Shown here piece by piece: positions 36,266 through 45,498 of a stretch of 60,814 bases of DNA (positions are counted from its first letter, which is position 1; every line of letters begins with the position of its first letter). The position numbers and the translations under genes were made by a program. Source of the stretch: Candidatus Buchananbacteria bacterium (GTDB taxonomy: Bacteria > Patescibacteriota > Patescibacteriia > 2-01-FULL-39-33 > JBAYJR01). A model generated the notes under the pieces. It was given only the letters and a program-made list of their open reading frames with translations. It did not search any database and was not told the DNA's origin. The stretch is taken from positions 70,727 to 131,540 of the forward strand of contig JBAYJR010000001.1 in NCBI GenBank assembly GCA_041665005.1, read 5' to 3'.

Positions 36266-37039
36266 ATAAAAAAATGTCCGTTTTGTGCCGAGGAAATTCA
36301 AGATGAAGCAACTAAGTGTAAACACTGTGGGATTGAGCTGGAACCAGAATCCGGTGGAAACACGCTTAATAACATGTCAACGATACGCCTAGTGCTAAAC
36401 GGTAAAGAATTAACGCAGACTCAGTTTAATGAAATTGAAAAGCATGTCATTGAATATTTTAATAATATTTGGCAAGAGATAAACGAATCCATAGAAATAT
36501 TAAGAAAAAATAATTATAGAATGGTAAAGAGCGAGGTTTGTCTCGCACTTATAATCGCTGACGCATTCTCAAGATTTAGAGAAATTATCTTAACCGGCAA
36601 AGAAGAAAAAAATAATGAGTCCCGTTTCAAAGAATGGTTTAACGACTACGTGTTTAATAGCTCAAACCTCATATATAGTAAATATAGAAATGATATGAAG
36701 TACGATTCTTCAAATATTTGGCAACTAAGAAACTCTCTTATTCACTTTTATGGATTACCAACAAACCCAACAATTGCTTTGGGGACCCTTGATTATGAGA
36801 CTGCCAAAAAATTTAAAGAAACTGTTTACAAAAGCCATGACGGGATGCAAGTTTTGGTTGTAAACCCCCTGATATTAATTAAAGCAATTTTGCATGGACT
36901 ATTAGTGCAATTGCAGTCATTTGTGGATATAATAAAGGGAAATGATGACTGCAAAAAAGAAGCTTATGCAAAAGGAATAGTAAAATGTTATGAAATAATA
37001 CAAGCCGAAGGTTCTGTTTTTGTGGAAGCTAAAACTTAG
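36266..37039 (+). CDS. Zn-ribbon plus HEPN-like (Rx4H) protein; ATA start or lost start codon
   Basis: KKCPFCAEEIQDEATKCKHCG is in frame with the ORF starting at 36374; RNSLIH motif. Confidence 0.6.
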   Translation: MKKCPFCAEEIQDEATKCKHCGIELEPESGGNTLNNMSTIRLVLNGKELTQTQFNEIEKHVIEYFNNIWQEINESIEILRKNNYRMVKSEVCLALIIADAFSRFREIILTGKEEKNNESRFKEWFNDYVFNSSNLIYSKYRNDMKYDSSNIWQLRNSLIHFYGLPTNPTIALGTLDYETAKKFKETVYKSHDGMQVLVVNPLILIKAILHGLLVQLQSFVDIIKGNDDCKKEAYAKGIVKCYEIIQAEGSVFVEAKT

Positions 37040-37201
37040 TAAAGTATCTCGTATAAAAAGAGTCCAACAATAGAAGAAAAACTGCTTTATCCTTTCTACT
37101 GTTGAATAAAAATAATCCAGCCATAAGCTGAATTAAAATATTAAGTAAGTTATTTAAAAATAGTTTACTTCTAAATTTCTCTTGATTAGTTAATCTACTA
37201 A

Positions 37202-38329
37202 TTAAGTAGTCAAACCGCGACTGGTTAATTCTTGTTTGGCTTGTTCAAAAGAATCCACGGCAGTTTGTTGTTTTACCCAGTTGGCTAATTCTTTAATTCC
37301 AGTTTCGTATTTTATTTTTGGGGTAAAACCTAAAAGTTTTTTAATTTTAGTAATGTCGGCGTAGCAATGCCGAATATCTCCTTTACGAAATTTAGCGACA
37401 ATTTCTGGTTTAACGGTAGCAGTTTTTCCTAGTTCCTTAATTAATAATTCTGCCACCTGGATTAGGGGAGTAGCGACACCAGTGCCGACGTTGAACACTT
37501 CATAGTTAGCTTCAGCTTTCTCCATCGCCAATAAATTGGCTTGCACAATATCTGAGACGTGAATAAAGTCTCGGCTTTGTTTACCATCTTCGTAAATAAT
37601 CGGGTTGTGGTCGTTGAGAATGCGCGAAGAAAAAATCGCGCCCACGCCAGTGTAAGGATTGGATAAAGATTGGCGGTCACCATAGACATTAAAATATCTT
37701 AAAGCCACGGCGGGAATGTTATAAGCTAGACCAAAGGCCAAAAACATTTCTTCGTGATCACGTTTAGAAATGGCATAAATGGAAGTTGGTAGTAACGGTT
37801 TGGTTTCATCAGTCGGTAAATCTAAAACTGGGGCTTGGCAGTTAGGGCAATGCATTTCCCAATCACCGGTTGCCATTTGAGTTTCGGGGCGATATTTAGG
37901 AAAAACCACGCCACAGGTTTTACAAGTATATTTACCTTCACCATAAATTGACATTGAAGAAGCCACAATTAATTTTTTGACCGTGTGCGGTTCGTTGGCT
38001 AAAATGTCTAGCAAGGTCGCGCCACCAATCGTATTAATATCCATGTAGTCGCGAATTTGATACATTGATTGACCCACGCCCACCGCCGCGGCTTCATGAA
38101 AAACTATTTCCATATCTTTAAGGGCTAGAGCTAGTTTGGCGCGATCACGAACATCACCTTGGATAAATTCGGCCGCCGCATTAAGGTAGGCTGGTTTGGT
38201 GGCATTTTTGCCGTGTACTTGTTCCGCTAAAGAATCATAAACCCGCACTTGATGACCGCGTTGAATTAAAGCGTCAACTAGGTGTGAACCAATAAATCCG
38301 GCCCCGCCGGTAACGAGAATTTTAGTCAT
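37202..38329 (-). CDS. NAD-dependent nucleotide-sugar epimerase/dehydratase (extended SDR)
   Basis: GGAGFIG, ASSMSIYG, YAISK, LRYFNVYG, RDFIHV, RKGDIRH; CKTC/CPNC insert; start at ATG 38329. Confidence 0.93.
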   Translation of the reverse strand: MTKILVTGGAGFIGSHLVDALIQRGHQVRVYDSLAEQVHGKNATKPAYLNAAAEFIQGDVRDRAKLALALKDMEIVFHEAAAVGVGQSMYQIRDYMDINTIGGATLLDILANEPHTVKKLIVASSMSIYGEGKYTCKTCGVVFPKYRPETQMATGDWEMHCPNCQAPVLDLPTDETKPLLPTSIYAISKRDHEEMFLAFGLAYNIPAVALRYFNVYGDRQSLSNPYTGVGAIFSSRILNDHNPIIYEDGKQSRDFIHVSDIVQANLLAMEKAEANYEVFNVGTGVATPLIQVAELLIKELGKTATVKPEIVAKFRKGDIRHCYADITKIKKLLGFTPKIKYETGIKELANWVKQQTAVDSFEQAKQELTSRGLTT

Positions 38330-38485
38330 AAAATATACAGTTAGGGTTAAGTTTAAACTTGCTGGTATTATACTAATAAAAATTTTGTTTGACAACTTAA
38401 AAGGTTGGGTAATTTGAGGTTTAGTTAAACTTTGATTTTTTGCTTGATTTTTGCTAAAATTCAAACATAATTTGTTAATAATTTA

Positions 38486-39934
38486 ATGATCAATTCTTTA
38501 CCAGTAGCCAAAAATACCATTATTTATACCAGCGCTTTAGTAATGCAAAAAGTGCTGTCTTTTGTTTATTTTGTGGTGGTGGCTAGATTTTTATCAGTGG
38601 GAGAAATTGGTAAATATACTTTTGCTTTATCTTTTACTGCGATTTTTGCGATTATTATCGATTTTGGTTTAGGGCAATTATTAACCCGCGAAGTGGCCAA
38701 GGATCGGCGACAAACGCAAAAGTTATTAGCCAACATTCTTAGTTTAAAATTAATTTTAGCGGTGTTGGTTTATGGCCTAGTGGCGGTAATGGTTAATGTT
38801 TTAAAGTATCCCGAATTAACCCGGCAACTGGTTTATCTAAGTGGCCTGGTGATGATTTTGGATGCTTTGACTTTAAATTTTTACGCCGTGTTGCGCGGTT
38901 GGCAAAATTTAACTTTTGAAAGTTTAGGCGCGGTCGGTAATCAAGTAGTGGTGATGTTTTTAGGTTTAGTTTTTTTAAATTTTGGTTGGAGCTTACATTG
39001 GTTAATTATGGCCTATTTGGGTGGTAGCTTATTTAACTTATTATTTTCTTTAAGTAAATATCAAAAGACGGTTGACGGTTGGCCGGCCTGGCAGTTAGAT
39101 TGGCAGTTTTTAAAGCCACTGCTAGTAATGGCCTTGCCTTTTGCGATGGCTGGATTATTTGCTCGGCTTTATGGTTATGCCGATATTGTGTTGTTGTCTA
39201 AATTGGCCGGGGATCAAGCGGTGGGGTGGTATAGTGTCGCTTACAAATTAACTTTTGCTTTTCAGTTTATTCCGCTGGCTTTTATGGCGGCCTTTTTGCC
39301 AGCCATGAGTAATTTTTATGTTCTGGATAAAGCTCGGGCTAAACAGTTGTTGGAAGAAATGATGTTTTATTTATTGTTGATTGTTCTGCCAATCGCTGGC
39401 GGAATTTTTGTGCTAGCCCCAGAAATTATTGTTACCCTATATGGCCCGCAGTATTTACCGGCGGCGACCGCTTTGCGAATTTTAATCACTAGTTTGTTAT
39501 TTGTTTATTTAAATTTTCCGTTTGGTACTACGCTCAACGCCTGTGATCGCCAGCAAAAAAATATGTATAATTTGGCCTGGGCGACAGTGGCCAGTGTAGG
39601 TCTGAATTTGTTATTAATTCCGATTTTTGGTTTTGTGGGTTCGGCCTGGGCGGCCTTGGGCACGGGAATTATTTTAATGATTTTAAATAATTATCAGGTT
39701 CGAAAATTTTTGGCTTATAATTGGTTAAAGATTTTAGGGTCCGGTTTCAAAATTTTAGCCGTAACTAGTTTGATGATGTTAGTGGTTGCCTGGTTAAAAT
39801 TATCTGTTTGGTGGCCGTTAGCGGTGGTAGTTGGGGTAGTGTTCTATGGCCTGAGTATTTGGTGGGTTAAAATTATTAAAACCAAAGATTTAGAATTTTT
39901 ATATCGGTTGATTAAAAAGGAAAAAAGTTTATGA
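38486..39934 (+). CDS. Wzx-type polysaccharide flippase
   Basis: About 14 TM; DFGLGQLLTREVA, AVGWYSVAYKL, FGFVGSAWA. Confidence 0.88.
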   Translation: MINSLPVAKNTIIYTSALVMQKVLSFVYFVVVARFLSVGEIGKYTFALSFTAIFAIIIDFGLGQLLTREVAKDRRQTQKLLANILSLKLILAVLVYGLVAVMVNVLKYPELTRQLVYLSGLVMILDALTLNFYAVLRGWQNLTFESLGAVGNQVVVMFLGLVFLNFGWSLHWLIMAYLGGSLFNLLFSLSKYQKTVDGWPAWQLDWQFLKPLLVMALPFAMAGLFARLYGYADIVLLSKLAGDQAVGWYSVAYKLTFAFQFIPLAFMAAFLPAMSNFYVLDKARAKQLLEEMMFYLLLIVLPIAGGIFVLAPEIIVTLYGPQYLPAATALRILITSLLFVYLNFPFGTTLNACDRQQKNMYNLAWATVASVGLNLLLIPIFGFVGSAWAALGTGIILMILNNYQVRKFLAYNWLKILGSGFKILAVTSLMMLVVAWLKLSVWWPLAVVVGVVFYGLSIWWVKIIKTKDLEFLYRLIKKEKSL

Positions 39935-40986
39935 AAAGATTTGCTTTATTAACTTTAGAATATCCGCCCTTTTTGGGGGGGATTGCCAGTTATTATCAAA
40001 ATTGGTTTGGTTTGTTAAAACCGGAAGAGTTTATAGTAATTGTGCCGGATACTTTGGTGGCGGCCAAAAACGAAACTAACGTGGTTAGGTTGCCATTTTT
40101 TGCCAAGTATTTTTGGCCTCATTGGTTGGTGTTAATTTGGCGGACGGCGCGGGTTTGTCGTCAGGAAAAAATTAAGTATTTGTGGGTACCGCATATTTTA
40201 CCGTTAGGCGAGGTGGCGTTTTTTTTAAAAATATTTTTTGGTTATCAATATATTGTAGCTTTTCACGGCACGGACGCTTTTTTGATTCAGCAATCTGCTT
40301 GGAAAAAATTTCTTAGTCGAATTATTTGTCGTTTGGCTTATGAGGTGGTGGCTACGTCGCAACATACTGCCGAAATGGTTAGTACTTTTACGCGTCAAAA
40401 AATTACCGTATTAACCCCTTGTCTGTCCTTAGCTTTGCCGCCGGCGCTAAAACAGCCGAAGCAAAATATTATTGTTAGTGTGGCGCGGCTGGTGCCCGAA
40501 AAAGGGATTGATTTAGGTCTGGTGGCGGCGGCGCATTTATACCACGAATTTAAAAATTTTAAATATATCGTGGTGGGGGCGGGGCGAGAAAAAGAAAAAT
40601 TATTAAAATTAGTTGATAAATTAGGTTTACAGCCGGTAGTGGAATTTGTGGAAAGCAAGTCGGTGGCCGAGGCTCATGCCTATTACGAAGTGGCTAAAGT
40701 AATGTTGGTTCCCAGTGTGCGCGAGGCGTTTGGCATTGTGGCATTAGAGGCGGCTTGGTATGGCGTGCCAGTGGTGGCTTCCTCTGTGGGTGGTTTAGTA
40801 GAGGCGGTTAAAGAAAATAAGTCTGGTTTTTTGGTGCATCCGGCAGCCACTAAAGTTATGGCGCAAAAATTAAGGCAAGTTTTAGAAATGCCAGAGCCGG
40901 ATTATTTAAAATTAGTCGTCTCGGCGCAGGCTTGGGCTAAAGAATTTAGTTGTGAGCGGTCAAAAATAACCGAAGTAATTTTTTAA
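39931..40986 (+). CDS. glycosyltransferase family 4
   Basis: YPPFLGGIASY, VARLVPEKG, EAFGIVALEA. Confidence 0.9.
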   Translation: MKRFALLTLEYPPFLGGIASYYQNWFGLLKPEEFIVIVPDTLVAAKNETNVVRLPFFAKYFWPHWLVLIWRTARVCRQEKIKYLWVPHILPLGEVAFFLKIFFGYQYIVAFHGTDAFLIQQSAWKKFLSRIICRLAYEVVATSQHTAEMVSTFTRQKITVLTPCLSLALPPALKQPKQNIIVSVARLVPEKGIDLGLVAAAHLYHEFKNFKYIVVGAGREKEKLLKLVDKLGLQPVVEFVESKSVAEAHAYYEVAKVMLVPSVREAFGIVALEAAWYGVPVVASSVGGLVEAVKENKSGFLVHPAATKVMAQKLRQVLEMPEPDYLKLVVSAQAWAKEFSCERSKITEVIF

Positions 40987-40989
40987 AAT

Positions 40990-41670
40990 ATGTCGCAAAT
41001 TAGTATTATTATTCCTGTTTATAATCAAGCTAATGAAATAATTAGTTGCTTGACTTCAATTCAGCAACAAACTTTTAAAGATTTTGAAGTAATTGTGGTT
41101 GATGATGGTTCAACTGATAATTTGGCTTTAGTTTTAGCGCCTTATCAAACAAAAATTAAATTAATTAAACAAATTAACCAAGGAGCCCCGGCGGCCCGCA
41201 ATGCTGGATTTGCACTAAGTCAAGGTAAATATTTATTGTTTTGTGATGCTGATGTAGTCTTACAGCCGACGATGTTAGAAAAGATGTTTAAGATTTTAGA
41301 GAGTCAGCCAGAGCTGGCTTATGTTTATTCCGCTTATAAATTTGGTTGGAAAATGTATCGGGGCTGGCCGTATTCAGTTGAAAAATTAAAAAAGATTAAT
41401 GTCGCGCACACCACCTCACTAATTCGTCGATTAGCTTTTCCGGGCTGGGATGAAAAAATAAAACGGTTACAAGATTGGGATTTATGGTTGACCATTATGG
41501 AACGCGGCGGGCAAGGTTATTGGTTGCCCGAGGTGTTGTTTAGCGTCAAAACTGGCGGAACGATGAGTAGTTGGCTGCCCAGTTTTTTATATCGCTTTAG
41601 TTGGTTGCCACCGGTAAAGAGGTTTCGGGCGGCGGTCGAAGTTATTAAGCAAAAACATCATTTAGTTTAA
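40990..41670 (+). CDS. glycosyltransferase family 2
   Basis: IIIPVYN, VVDDGSTD, GAPAARNAG, FCDAD. Confidence 0.92.
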   Translation: MSQISIIIPVYNQANEIISCLTSIQQQTFKDFEVIVVDDGSTDNLALVLAPYQTKIKLIKQINQGAPAARNAGFALSQGKYLLFCDADVVLQPTMLEKMFKILESQPELAYVYSAYKFGWKMYRGWPYSVEKLKKINVAHTTSLIRRLAFPGWDEKIKRLQDWDLWLTIMERGGQGYWLPEVLFSVKTGGTMSSWLPSFLYRFSWLPPVKRFRAAVEVIKQKHHLV

Positions 41671-41674
41671 AATT

Positions 41675-42541
41675 ATGGATTTATCAATTATTATTGTGTC
41701 CTGGCAGGTTAAAGACATTTTACGGCAGTGTCTAAAATCAATTTATGATCAAACTAAGAATATTTCTTTTGAAGTCATTGTGGTGGATAATAATTCTAGC
41801 GACGGCTCGCCAGCGATGATTAAGCAGGAATTCCCGTCAGTCAAATTAATTGCTAATTCGGATAATCGTGGTTTTGCGCGGGCCAATAATCAAGGGGGAA
41901 ATATCGCGAACGGTGATTTTTTAATTTTTTTAAATCCGGACACGGAAATTTTAGATAACGCTTTAGGTCGGATGGTTGATTATTTAAAAAATAATCCGGC
42001 GGTTGGGATTTTGGGCCCACAGCTATTGAATACGGATCACACTTTGCAACCTTCAATCAGACGGTTTCCACGCTTACGGGATCAATTATTAATTTTAAGT
42101 AAACTGCCAAATTTTTTTCCAAGCTTAATTGCTGGTTATACGGCTCAAGCTTTCAATTATAAGGTTACCCAACCGGTAGAGCAGGTAATGGGCGCGGCTT
42201 TGATGTTTCGGCGAGAGGTGAAAGAAAGGATTGGTTTGATGGACGAATATTTTTGGCAGTATTTTGACGAGATAGATTTTTGTAAACTTAGCCAAGAAGC
42301 GGGCTGGCAGAATTGGTATTTGGCCGAAGCGAAAATTTTACATCACAAAGGCACGGCCTTTAGTCAACAGCGGGCCGTGTTTAAGCAATATCACTGGAAT
42401 CGCAGTTTAATTTATTATGCGGGCAAGCACTGGCCAGCTTGGCAAGTATTAGTGTTGTATTTAGTTTGGCCGTTTAGTATGCTACTGGCAATATTGCAAC
42501 AATTATTTAAAGTTAAAAAAGTAAAACCTAAGTATCTTTAA
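41675..42541 (+). CDS. glycosyltransferase family 2 (WbbL-like)
   Basis: VVDNNSSD, NRGFARANNQG, LNPDT, VMGAALM, YFDEIDFC. Confidence 0.9.
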   Translation: MDLSIIIVSWQVKDILRQCLKSIYDQTKNISFEVIVVDNNSSDGSPAMIKQEFPSVKLIANSDNRGFARANNQGGNIANGDFLIFLNPDTEILDNALGRMVDYLKNNPAVGILGPQLLNTDHTLQPSIRRFPRLRDQLLILSKLPNFFPSLIAGYTAQAFNYKVTQPVEQVMGAALMFRREVKERIGLMDEYFWQYFDEIDFCKLSQEAGWQNWYLAEAKILHHKGTAFSQQRAVFKQYHWNRSLIYYAGKHWPAWQVLVLYLVWPFSMLLAILQQLFKVKKVKPKYL

Positions 42542-42542
42542 A

Positions 42543-43973
42543 ATGTTAACTAATATTTTTGATAAATTTTTTGCAAAGTTATTATTGGGCCTGGTCGTTT
42601 TAGAAATAGCCTCTTTAGCGGTTTATAATCAGCTAATCGGCGAAAGCTTAATGCTGTTTTTGCTGGTTTGTTTAGTTGGTTATTTAACAATTAGAAAAAC
42701 CGAATATGGTTTATATGCGCTATTTTTAGAATTAGTGGTTGGTGGTAAGGGCTATTTATTTTTTTGGCCGTTGGCTAATCAGAAAGTTTCTTTACGCCTA
42801 GCTTTGTTTGTAGTGGTTTTTTTAATTTGGTTGATTAAAACTTGGCAAACTAAAAATTGGTCTTGGTTAAAAAATAAATATTTTTTAAGTTTGTTGGTTT
42901 TGGGGGTGTTTTTGTTAATTGGGGTGGGGGAGGGTACGTTCTTCGGCCGGCCAAAATTAAATATTTTTTTGGATGTTAATAATTATTTGTATTTAGCCCT
43001 AATTGGTTTATATTTAACCAGCACTATTGAGGCTAATAAAATTTGGCAGTTATTTTTAGCGGGCACTACAGTAGTGGCTTTAAAAACAGTTATTACGTTA
43101 TTTATTTTTGCTCATAATTATTGCGGAGTCGGCACTTGTTTATTTTATCATTGGTTACGCAATACCGGGATTGGCGAAATTACCGAAATCAGTTTTCCCT
43201 TATTCCGGATCTTTTTTTATTCCCATTTTTATAATTTAATGGCGGTAATTATTTTGCTGGCTTTAGTTGTGTTTAACAAAACTTTAAGTAAAAAAGAGTT
43301 TTGGCTGGCTGGTGGTTTGTTGTGGTTAAATTTTTTGACAGTAGTTATTTCACAGTCTCGCAGTTTTTGGTTGGCGGGTGGAATGACAGTTCTCTTATTT
43401 GTTATTTGGTTAATTAGTCAGCGAAAAATCGGTTGGCGAATCTTTTTGTTGTTAGTGTTGGCTATGGTTAGCTTTTTGTTAACGGCTGATTTGGCAGTCA
43501 GAGTATTAATTAACGACTATCAGCAAAGCGTTTTTTATTCGCGATTAACCAGTCAGGTTTCGGCAGATGGTTCTTCGGCGCGGCGTGAACAATTTTTACC
43601 GTTGCTGACAGAAATTAAAAAAGCACCGTTATTCGGTTGGGGACTAGCTAAAACGATCACTTATAAAAACAGCGATCCACGAATTAAAAATGAAACTAAT
43701 CCCGAAGGTTGGTATACTACTTATACTTTTGAATTGGCTTATTTGGATATTATTTTAAAATTAGGCCTGCTGGGTTTAGCGGTTTATTTAAGTTTTATTT
43801 TTTTGCTGGGTAAAAAATATTGGCAACTTATGACTAATAATTGGTCGGCAGTTGGTTGGCTGCTGGGCTTGGTAGCTTTATTGATTATTCAAATGTTTAC
43901 TCCCTATTTAAATCATCCGCTAGGTATTGGCTATTTATTATTGCTAGTGGGCTTAGTTAAAAGTTATGCTTAA
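42543..43973 (+). CDS. O-antigen ligase/polymerase (Wzy_C) family membrane protein
   Basis: Multi-TM; SQSRSFW, SSARR, PLFGWGL, ILKLGLLG. Confidence 0.8.
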   Translation: MLTNIFDKFFAKLLLGLVVLEIASLAVYNQLIGESLMLFLLVCLVGYLTIRKTEYGLYALFLELVVGGKGYLFFWPLANQKVSLRLALFVVVFLIWLIKTWQTKNWSWLKNKYFLSLLVLGVFLLIGVGEGTFFGRPKLNIFLDVNNYLYLALIGLYLTSTIEANKIWQLFLAGTTVVALKTVITLFIFAHNYCGVGTCLFYHWLRNTGIGEITEISFPLFRIFFYSHFYNLMAVIILLALVVFNKTLSKKEFWLAGGLLWLNFLTVVISQSRSFWLAGGMTVLLFVIWLISQRKIGWRIFLLLVLAMVSFLLTADLAVRVLINDYQQSVFYSRLTSQVSADGSSARREQFLPLLTEIKKAPLFGWGLAKTITYKNSDPRIKNETNPEGWYTTYTFELAYLDIILKLGLLGLAVYLSFIFLLGKKYWQLMTNNWSAVGWLLGLVALLIIQMFTPYLNHPLGIGYLLLLVGLVKSYA

Positions 43974-44037
43974 TTATTTTTTATTAATTTGTTAAATAAA
44001 AAAGAGAGCCAGGTTGGCTCTCTGCTGTTGTTAAGCG

Positions 44038-44988
44038 TTAATTTAGTAACCAACTGTAGCCGGCGATAAATTCTGCGGCAGTTAAGATTTTTTTGCCTTC
44101 GGGTTGAATTTTTTCTACCAAAACCGCGTTTTGACCACAGGCAATCGCTAGGCTGTTGTGGTGTTTAAAAAAGGTGCCCGGCAGTTGGTTGGTTTGTTGG
44201 TCTAAAATTTTAATAGGTGGCATAATTTTTATCCGGATGGTTTGGCTAGCTTTTTGGGCGGTAAAATAAGTGCCCGGCCAAGGGTGCAAAGCGCGAATTT
44301 GTTGATTAATTACTTGAGCGGGTTTTGACCAATCAATTAGGCCAGCGGTTTTTTTAATAATTTTACAAAGAGTGGCTTGGTCGTCAGCTTGGACTTGAGG
44401 AATAATTTTTTGATCCAGATATTGCGGTAAAGTTTTTAGTAATAATTGGGCCCCTAACTCAGCTAAATTTTTAGTTAGCGATTCTTGAGTTTCGGTTTGG
44501 TCTAAGGCTATTTGTTGTTGAGCCAAAATTGGGCCGTGGTCCATTTGCTGGTCTAGTAACATAATAGTTAAGCCAGTTTTGGTCTCGCCGTTTAAAATAG
44601 CAGTCGCAATCGGGGAAGGTCCGCGATATTTTGGTAACAACGAAGGATGCAGATTAATAATACCCAGAGGGGGTATATTTAAAATTGCCAAAGGAATAAT
44701 TTTACCATAAGCCACTAAAATCATTAAGTCCGGGGCTAAGTTTTTTAGTTCGGCGATTAAGGCCGGGTCTTTAACATCTAAGGGTTGCCAAATTTTTAAG
44801 CCCGCTTGGTTGGCTAATAGTTTTATGGGGGGCGGAGTTAAAATTTGTTTACGGCCAATTGGCTTGTCCGGTTGAGTAATGACGCCTAAAATTTGATAGG
44901 CAGGATTATTAATCAGCGCCCTTAAACTAGGGAGGGCAAATTCCGGAGTGCCCCAAAAAATTATTTTAGTTGGCTTAGAGTTGTTCAT
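44038..44988 (-). CDS. fmt: methionyl-tRNA formyltransferase
   Basis: FWGTPEFA, TQPDKPIGR, NLHPSLLPKYRGPSPI, MDHGPI. Confidence 0.96.
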   Translation of the reverse strand: MNNSKPTKIIFWGTPEFALPSLRALINNPAYQILGVITQPDKPIGRKQILTPPPIKLLANQAGLKIWQPLDVKDPALIAELKNLAPDLMILVAYGKIIPLAILNIPPLGIINLHPSLLPKYRGPSPIATAILNGETKTGLTIMLLDQQMDHGPILAQQQIALDQTETQESLTKNLAELGAQLLLKTLPQYLDQKIIPQVQADDQATLCKIIKKTAGLIDWSKPAQVINQQIRALHPWPGTYFTAQKASQTIRIKIMPPIKILDQQTNQLPGTFFKHHNSLAIACGQNAVLVEKIQPEGKKILTAAEFIAGYSWLLN

Positions 44989-45463
44989 GGTCAAGTTTAA
45001 ATAATTTTTTAGCTTTATCAATATATAAAATTCCCGCTAGGTGATCTAGTTCGTGTTGAACGACTCGGGCGAATAAATCTTTGACGGTTAATTTTTGGGG
45101 TTGACCAGCCGGGTCTAAGTATTTCACGGTAATTATTTTGTGACGACTAACTAGGCCAAGATAACCGGGTACACTTAAACAGCCTTCTTCGCCGACTACT
45201 TTACGGAAGGATTTTTTGGTAATTTTGGGGTTAAGTAAGATTAGCGGTTCAGCCGTCTGGTCTAAGTGCTGGCGGTTGATCACAACCAAGCTAACACTTT
45301 GGGCGACCTGGGGCGCCGCTAGGCCCACGCCGTCAGCTTTAATCATGGCTGGCACCATTTCCTTGATTAGTTGTTGAATGGCGGCACTATTAATTTCTGC
45401 CGCCGTTAATTCTTTGGCGGTTTGGCGTAAAATGGGATTTGGTAGGGTAATAATTTTTAGCAT
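44975..45463 (-). CDS. def: peptide deformylase
   Basis: GVGLAAPQV, EGCLS, QHELDHL. Confidence 0.97.
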   Translation of the reverse strand: MLKIITLPNPILRQTAKELTAAEINSAAIQQLIKEMVPAMIKADGVGLAAPQVAQSVSLVVINRQHLDQTAEPLILLNPKITKKSFRKVVGEEGCLSVPGYLGLVSRHKIITVKYLDPAGQPQKLTVKDLFARVVQHELDHLAGILYIDKAKKLFKLDHEQL

Positions 45464-45498
45464 ATAATTAGTCAAATATTATAGCAAGAATAATTAAA

